The translations under genes were made by a program, and so were the position numbers. A stretch of DNA of 64,000 bases from Clostridia bacterium (GTDB lineage: Bacteria; Bacillota; Clostridia; UMGS1810), in assembly GCA_045646525.1 (NCBI GenBank), contig JAZRKX010000038.1, positions 8,885 to 72,884 on the forward strand. The letters run 5' to 3'. Shown in pieces: positions 58,658 to 64,000 of the stretch (its first letter is position 1; every line of letters starts with the position of its first letter). The notes under the pieces were generated by a model. The model worked only from the letters and a program-made list of their open reading frames with translations. It was not told the DNA's origin and did no database searches.

Positions 58658-58948
58658 ATGAAGAGAGCGATAATATTCTTACTACATATACCACTGGCTA
58701 TATTTACATTGATTGAATACTTTATGTTTATGTGGTTTTGGGGCGGGGATGGAGCATTTGCCTTTTTCGGATGCGGAATAAGTTTTATAGTTTATTTGGC
58801 ATTACATATTTTTGCATATTTTAAGATTCAGCATAAGTTCAAAAAAATTATAGTATATAGTGCCATTGTACTTACGCCAATTTTAAGCATAATTACAATT
58901 TATTTGATACTTGCTCCGTTGTTTGGAATAACAATACAAGTTGCATAA
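58658..58948 (+). CDS. small polytopic membrane protein (cassette gene)
   Basis: Track ORF 58625..58948. The ATG at 58658 (MKRAIIFLL) lies after GAAAGGAAG. Three hydrophobic helices. Confidence 0.5.
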   Translation: MKRAIIFLLHIPLAIFTLIEYFMFMWFWGGDGAFAFFGCGISFIVYLALHIFAYFKIQHKFKKIIVYSAIVLTPILSIITIYLILAPLFGITIQVA

Positions 58949-58973
58949 AATATAAAGGACAATGAGCATTGTA

Positions 58974-59163
58974 TTTTACTCGTGTCAAGTCTATAAAAAT
59001 TAAACATTAGTTTGCCGATTTTGATATTTACATATACTATCGGGAGCGAGAAAATCCAGTATTCTCGCGGGTTCTAAGGAAAAGTGTTAAAGGAAAACAG
59101 TTGAAAAAATAGGGGAAAGTTAGTAGGTCCTATTATTCACTGTTCTCCTGACTTGACACGAGT
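58974..59163. promoter_or_regulatory. 190-bp intercassette element 2 bounded by inverted repeats (putative invertible promoter)
   Basis: Left repeat TTTTACTCGTGTCAAGTC (58974-58991) pairs with right repeat GACTTGACACGAGT (59150-59163). The interior is near-identical to element 1 over the promoter/hairpin part and the last ~35 bp, with a divergent ~45-bp middle. Confidence 0.5.
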
Positions 59164-59204
59164 CTATAAGAGATGTCGAATATTGTCGAAAGGGGAATGA
59201 TGTA

Positions 59205-59888
59205 ATGAAAAAATATAAAATGTCAGTTATAATTTCGATGTTGATAGTATTGTTGGTATTATTAATCTTTTCTTTATGCATCAAATATAAGCCTGGTTAT
59301 GTTTTTGAAAATGGAACATGGAACTATGTTTCGTATGACACGGCTGTTGGACGACGAGTAGATCCTATTGATGTCAAAAAACACGAGTTTAGAAAATTGA
59401 AATATAAAGATTTTGCAAGAGATAACGACAGTGTTTATTTTAAAAATAATAAAATTGAGGGTTCGGACCCGGAAACTTTTGAGGTGATTAGTACTGCAGA
59501 TAGACGGAGTTATGCGAAAGATAAAAATTATGTTTACATATACATCAAGAATGATTGGAGTGTTTTCAGGATAATTAACGCAGACCCCGAAACATTTGAA
59601 GTACTTGAGTTTCCATATGCAAAGGATAAAAACGATGCATACAATGGCACTTTACCATTGTTTGTAGATGATGTTTCGAAATTTGAAGTTCTTGATGGCG
59701 GAAGAATGTCAACATCTACTTCTGCAGAAGGTTTTTTAGGCGGTGCTACAAGGATTGAAAAAGAAATAAATTATAATAACGAGAAGTATAGTTTTGTTAA
59801 GGAGGCAGTCATATATTCAGACGAAGGTAGAGCGAAAACTGAGAAACTTGTTTATGAGGGATATATGATTGTTGAAGATAAACGATAA
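59205..59888 (+). CDS. DKNYY-repeat family protein, membrane anchored (cassette gene)
   Basis: N-terminal TM helix. Repeated units DNDSVYFKNNKI.GSDPETFEV, DKNYVYIY..., ADPETFEVL and DKNDAYNG. Confidence 0.55.
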   Translation: MKKYKMSVIISMLIVLLVLLIFSLCIKYKPGYVFENGTWNYVSYDTAVGRRVDPIDVKKHEFRKLKYKDFARDNDSVYFKNNKIEGSDPETFEVISTADRRSYAKDKNYVYIYIKNDWSVFRIINADPETFEVLEFPYAKDKNDAYNGTLPLFVDDVSKFEVLDGGRMSTSTSAEGFLGGATRIEKEINYNNEKYSFVKEAVIYSDEGRAKTEKLVYEGYMIVEDKR

Positions 59889-60001
59889 ATAGATTTTTTG
59901 TTTCTTATTTAACACTAGCCTAATACCAAAAGGCTTTGCATCTAAATCGTCTGTCCCGCATAAAAAGGATGTCGAATGGTGTCAAAAGGAGAGAGGCGGA
60001 A

Positions 60002-60251
60002 ATGAAAAAAAACAATCATAACAAATTTGATTATTGTTATATCATTCATTCTTTTTGACCCTTTACTAAACTATTTGGATAAATGGTCTGATACATACAG
60101 TTTGGGTGCAGAGATGGTTTTAGGAATGTTGACACCTCTTTTATTTGTCTTTTTTATTCTTTTGTCTTTGTGCTTGACATTATATTCGATTAGTAAAGAA
60201 TGTCGAATAAGGTTAGTTATATTAAAAATAGCCGTAACTGGCTTTTGGTAA
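60002..60251 (+). pseudogene. small membrane protein gene apparently split by an A8 homopolymer (cassette gene)
   Basis: The ATG at 60002, with RBS GGAGAGAGG and the conserved leader box, reads MKKNNHNKFDYCYIIHSF-stop. The 74-aa hydrophobic ORF (60027..60251) is in the +1 frame. With A7 instead of A8 the product would be MKKTIITNLIIVISFILF... Confidence 0.4.
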
Positions 60252-60484
60252 GACAACAGTATGAAAAAATTAAAAATATGTATCTGACCCGAAATGATAA
60301 TCATCCATCGCTTATTTGCTATATTAAAGCGGTGAATAATGTATATAACTCAGTACATAGATGATATGCAGAACAAACAATATAATTTTTTAATTAAATT
60401 TGCAGAAAATAAAATCTATAGAAAACATAAATTCTTTTGAACTGTATTTCGTATGTGATAATAGAGAAAAAGAGAGGAACACAT

Positions 60485-61324
60485 ATGCTTCAGGATTTAT
60501 CATTTGGAAGATTGGAAAACGAATACAAGAATATTTTGCCCAAGGATGAAGACACCGTTCTGTGCTTTAGAAATAGAGATATCTTAATGCTCAAAGAATC
60601 GGACGGCACTGTGTCATTTCCCAAATATAACGAAATTTCGTCCTGTACGGGCGGAAAATTCCGCTATGTGTTTACCATGCAGGATACAAAATACTTTTTG
60701 TATATGTTCGGGGAAGCAGAGTTTTCCAAACACAACTACACCTACATCCCCGTATCCGAATTAAGAAAGATAGAAACCAAGGATGCGTGCTTTGCCGTAA
60801 TGACGGCTTTGCACCTTAATGAGTGGTATCGTAAGCACCGATATTGCGGATGCTGTGCTCATGAGACCTCGCACGATGACAAGGAGCGCATGCTATACTG
60901 CCAAAACTGCGGAAATATGATATTCCCCGTGATTTGTCCTGCAGTTATAATTGCTCTTACGGACGGGGACAGGCTTCTTCTCAGTAAATATGCAGGCAGA
61001 AGCTATTCCAGATACGCGCTGTTGGCGGGATATACCGAAATAGGCGAAACTCTCGAGCAGACCGTTGAACGAGAGGTTATGGAGGAAGTAGGTCTTAAGG
61101 TAAAGAACATCCGTTACTACAAGAGCCAGCCGTGGGGAGTAGACGGAAGCGTGCTCATGGGCTTCTACTGCGACCTTGATGGAGACGATACCATACATCT
61201 TGATGAAACAGAGCTTTCGCTTGCAGGGTGGTACAATAGATACAGCCTTCCTGCACACGATGACGGTATAAGTCTTACAAGGGAAATGATAAGAATGTTT
61301 GAAGAGGGCAAAGAGCCAAAATAG
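60485..61324 (+). CDS. nudC: NAD+ diphosphatase (NudC-type Nudix hydrolase with zinc ribbon)
   Basis: Track ORF 60437..61324. The ATG is at 60485. CGCCAHET...CQNCG zinc ribbon and Nudix box GYTEIGETLEQTVEREVMEEVG. Confidence 0.85.
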   Translation: MLQDLSFGRLENEYKNILPKDEDTVLCFRNRDILMLKESDGTVSFPKYNEISSCTGGKFRYVFTMQDTKYFLYMFGEAEFSKHNYTYIPVSELRKIETKDACFAVMTALHLNEWYRKHRYCGCCAHETSHDDKERMLYCQNCGNMIFPVICPAVIIALTDGDRLLLSKYAGRSYSRYALLAGYTEIGETLEQTVEREVMEEVGLKVKNIRYYKSQPWGVDGSVLMGFYCDLDGDDTIHLDETELSLAGWYNRYSLPAHDDGISLTREMIRMFEEGKEPK

Positions 61325-61403
61325 TAAGGCAATAAGATTGATTTTATACTTTCGAGGTGTTATAATAATGAGGTAAAATCACAGGGCTTTTCGGAGGAGT
61401 ATA

Positions 61404-62540
61404 ATGAAATTTGTGCATTTATCGGATCTTCACATAGGAAAAAGAGTAAACGAATATTCCATGCTTGAAGACCAGGAGTATATACTTACTCAAATAATAA
61501 ATATAATAGATGAAGAAAAGCCCGAGTCAGTAATCATTGCAGGCGATGTGTACGACAAGACAGTTCCGTCTGCGGAGGCAGTTGAGCTTTTTGATGATTT
61601 TCTGGTACGTTTATCTCAGCGTAAGCTCAAGGTGTTTGTAATAAGCGGAAACCACGATTCGCCCGAACGCATAGCATTTGGCGGAAGACTCATGTCATCC
61701 GCGGGCATATATATGTCTCCTGTTTATAACGGAAGTGTAGATAAGATTGTACTTAGTGATAAGTTCGGAAAAATAAATGTATGGATGCTTCCTTTTGTAA
61801 AGCCCGTCCATGTGCGTAAGTTTACAGAAGAGGACATATCATCCTATACAGATGCTCTTAGAGTTGCAATAAGTAAGTTTGATTTAGACAAAACCGAGCG
61901 TAATGTGCTGATTACCCATCAGTTTGTAACGGGCGCACAGAGGACAGAATCGGAGGAGATATCCGTAGGGGGAACTGACAATGTGGATGTCTCGGTTTTC
62001 GATGGTTTTGACTATACGGCGCTTGGGCATATTCACCGCGCACAAAACTGTAAATCCGAGAGGGTGCGTTACTGCGGAACACCGCTTAAATACTCTTTTT
62101 CGGAGTCAAAGGACGAAAAGAGCGTTACTGTAGCGGAATTAAAGGAAAAGGGAACTCTCACTGTAAAAACACTTCCTCTTACACCCATGCGTGATATGGC
62201 GGAAATCAAAGGTAAATATGAGGAAATCATGCGTTTGGATTTCTATAAGAATACTACCTACACCGATGACTATACCCATATAACTCTTACCGACGAGGAA
62301 GAAATTCCCGATGCAATAGGTAAGCTTCGCACGGTATACCACAACCTTATGAAGCTTGATTATGATAATATCCGAACACGAAGTTCAAATTCTGTGGACG
62401 GTATAGAAAATATAGAACAAAAGTCGCCGTATGAGCATTTTTCTTGCTTTTACGAAATTCAGAACAATAAGCCGTTAAGCGATAAGCAAAAGGACTTTGT
62501 ACAAGCTCTTATTGACGGGGTATGGGAGGGAGATATATGA
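61404..62540 (+). CDS. sbcD: exonuclease SbcD (Mre11-type nuclease)
   Basis: MKFVHLSDLHIG, AGDVYD, SGNHDS and GHIH phosphoesterase motifs. Confidence 0.92.
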   Translation: MKFVHLSDLHIGKRVNEYSMLEDQEYILTQIINIIDEEKPESVIIAGDVYDKTVPSAEAVELFDDFLVRLSQRKLKVFVISGNHDSPERIAFGGRLMSSAGIYMSPVYNGSVDKIVLSDKFGKINVWMLPFVKPVHVRKFTEEDISSYTDALRVAISKFDLDKTERNVLITHQFVTGAQRTESEEISVGGTDNVDVSVFDGFDYTALGHIHRAQNCKSERVRYCGTPLKYSFSESKDEKSVTVAELKEKGTLTVKTLPLTPMRDMAEIKGKYEEIMRLDFYKNTTYTDDYTHITLTDEEEIPDAIGKLRTVYHNLMKLDYDNIRTRSSNSVDGIENIEQKSPYEHFSCFYEIQNNKPLSDKQKDFVQALIDGVWEGDI

Positions 62541-64000
62541 GACCTCATAAGCTTATAATGTCTGCCTTCGGTCCTTATGCCGAAAGGGTAGAAATCGACC
62601 TTCGCAAGCTGGGCGAAAGAGGACTTTATCTTATAACAGGGGACACGGGCGCAGGCAAAACCACCATATTTGATGCCATAACCTATGCACTTTTTGGAAA
62701 GGCAAGCGGCGAAAACAGAGATGCCTCCATGCTCCGTTCCAAATATGCAAATCCCGAAACACCCACCGAGGTTGAACTATACTTTTCTTGCAACGGCAAA
62801 GAGTACTACATAAAGAGAAACCCCGAGTATCAGCGCCCCAAAAGCCGCGGCGAAGGTTTTACATTGCAAAAGGCAGATGCATATCTTGAATATCCCGACG
62901 GCAAGGTTGTAACAAGGCTAAAGGATGTGGACAGCGCCGTTACCGATATCCTTGGTATCGACAGAAATCAGTTCACACAGATTTCCATGATAGCACAGGG
63001 TGATTTTTTAAAGCTTCTTTTTGCATCCACCGAAGAGCGAAAAAAGATATTTCAGAAGCTTTTTAAAACCCGCAATTACTATGCCCTGCAGGAGAGATTA
63101 AAGGCGGAATCGGGCAAGCTTGGAAGTGAATATGATGCTATAAAAAGCAGTATCGGGCAGTATATAAATGGTATAGTATGCATTGAGGATGACTCTCTTG
63201 GCATTAAGGTAAAAGAGGCAAAGGAAAACCGTCTTGGCATATCGGAAACCATAGAGGTTTTGGAAGAAATAATAGCAAAAGACATACTTGCCGAAGAAAA
63301 ATACAATGGTGAACTTACAGATTTGGACATAAAACTGGAGGAAATTGCAGGAGTGTTGGCACAGGCAAACACTATCATGACGGCAAAGGAAGCCTTAAAA
63401 AAGGCTAAGGCAGAGCTTGAAGAAGCGGAGAATTTGAGGTTAAGTCTTTCAAAACAGTTGGAGTGGGAGCAAATCCAAAGGGAAGAAATCGATGCCGTTG
63501 TAAAAAAGCTTGCGTCAATAGATGCCCAGATGTCGTACTACGATGAGTTGGAGGAAAAGAGAGGGCAGCTCTCCGCATTGACCTTGTCTGTAAACACAAG
63601 TGCCAAAAATCTTGATGCAAAAACAAAAGAGCATCAGCGTATAAAAGAGAGAATAAAAGAACTCGAAGATGAAATAAAATCACTTGCAAATATAGGTGCC
63701 GACAAAGCAAAAATTGAGGCAGAGTACAGAGAACTTTCAGCCAAAAAGGATTCTTTGGATAGTCTCGAATTAAAGATTAATGAAATGTATAGTCTTGAAG
63801 CGCAATTAAAAGAAGCACAGAATGATTATAGGATAAAGTCGGATACAGCCGATAAGCATAAAATAACATATGATTGTCTAAACAAGGCATACCTTGATGA
63901 GCAGGCGGGTATCCTTGCCGAAACACTTGAAGACAGTATGCCGTGTCCTGTATGCGGCTCTCTGTTGCATCCCAATCCTGCCCAAAAGTCTTCCAAGGCA
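62537..64000 (+). CDS. sbcC: exonuclease SbcC (Rad50-type SMC ATPase), 3' end outside the window
   Basis: The start overlaps the sbcD stop (ATGA). MRPHKLIMSAFGPYAERVEID...LYLITGDTGAGKTTIFDAI (Walker A), a long coiled coil, and a CPVCG zinc hook near 63940. The ORF is open to the window end. Confidence 0.9.
   Translation, partial: MRPHKLIMSAFGPYAERVEIDLRKLGERGLYLITGDTGAGKTTIFDAITYALFGKASGENRDASMLRSKYANPETPTEVELYFSCNGKEYYIKRNPEYQRPKSRGEGFTLQKADAYLEYPDGKVVTRLKDVDSAVTDILGIDRNQFTQISMIAQGDFLKLLFASTEERKKIFQKLFKTRNYYALQERLKAESGKLGSEYDAIKSSIGQYINGIVCIEDDSLGIKVKEAKENRLGISETIEVLEEIIAKDILAEEKYNGELTDLDIKLEEIAGVLAQANTIMTAKEALKKAKAELEEAENLRLSLSKQLEWEQIQREEIDAVVKKLASIDAQMSYYDELEEKRGQLSALTLSVNTSAKNLDAKTKEHQRIKERIKELEDEIKSLANIGADKAKIEAEYRELSAKKDSLDSLELKINEMYSLEAQLKEAQNDYRIKSDTADKHKITYDCLNKAYLDEQAGILAETLEDSMPCPVCGSLLHPNPAQKSSKA

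Noticed and set aside
56326-59200. A possible CRISPR array or classical integron attC sites, given the reiterated sequence.
   Set aside because: The repeats are irregularly spaced (0.7-1.1 kb), and the intervening DNA encodes proteins with their own RBS. No cas genes are present. The junctions lack the internal dyad symmetry and the RYYYAAC/GTTRRRY cores of attC.
62511-62545. When I hand-counted a G run near 62517-62521, sbcD and sbcC seemed to be fused in one frame.
   Set aside because: The computed ORF track places an sbcD stop at 62538-62540. The usual ATGA start/stop overlap fits, so I attribute the discrepancy to my own miscounting of a homopolymer and trust the track.

Overview
This 64-kb window looks like a chromosomal segment from a low-GC, spore-forming member of the Clostridia (Bacillota). 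No finer taxonomy can be read from the sequence alone.

Most of it is ordinary, densely packed housekeeping DNA:
- rluA-like, pgsA and a U32 peptidase gene
- dut-maf-mreBCD-mrdA
- mgsA and a pur operon (purE, F, M, N, a PurO-like IMP cyclohydrolase, an AICARFT-only purH, purD, large purL)
- tRNA-Leu, xth, rpsI-rplM, sigH
- the complete spoIIIAA-AH operon
- asp23-nusB-xseAB-ispA-dxs-tlyA-radC
- metY-like, pyrP-upp, a TAXI-type TRAP transporter, nudC and sbcDC

Two accessory regions stand out.

1. The left ~11 kb, ending at the 3' end of tRNA-Ser(CGA), is a patchwork island. It contains a visibly AT-rich, co-directional three-gene cluster at 3597-7605. The three genes are a minimal palm-domain (class III cyclase / GGDEF / Cas10-like) protein, a GHKL (Hsp90/MORC-like) ATPase, and a B12-binding-type radical SAM enzyme. 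I cannot assign this trio to any described defence or biosynthetic system, and I rank it the best candidate for a novel conflict system.

2. Region 56.3-60.4 kb is an AT-rich array of small membrane or secreted-protein gene cassettes plus a Phd-Doc toxin-antitoxin module. The cassettes are separated by a reiterated junction sequence with core TCCTGACTTGACACGAG. Two ~190-bp intercassette elements are bounded by 18-bp inverted repeats and carry outward-facing promoter-like sequences, which fits an inverton or shufflon. Each cassette ORF has a conserved ATGTCGAAT-NN-TGTCGAAAGG leader box.

No CRISPR array, rRNA, transposase or integrase was seen. ORF coordinates come from the supplied track, with starts refined by in-frame arithmetic. 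Hand-indexed coordinates of short motifs may be off by 1-2 nt.
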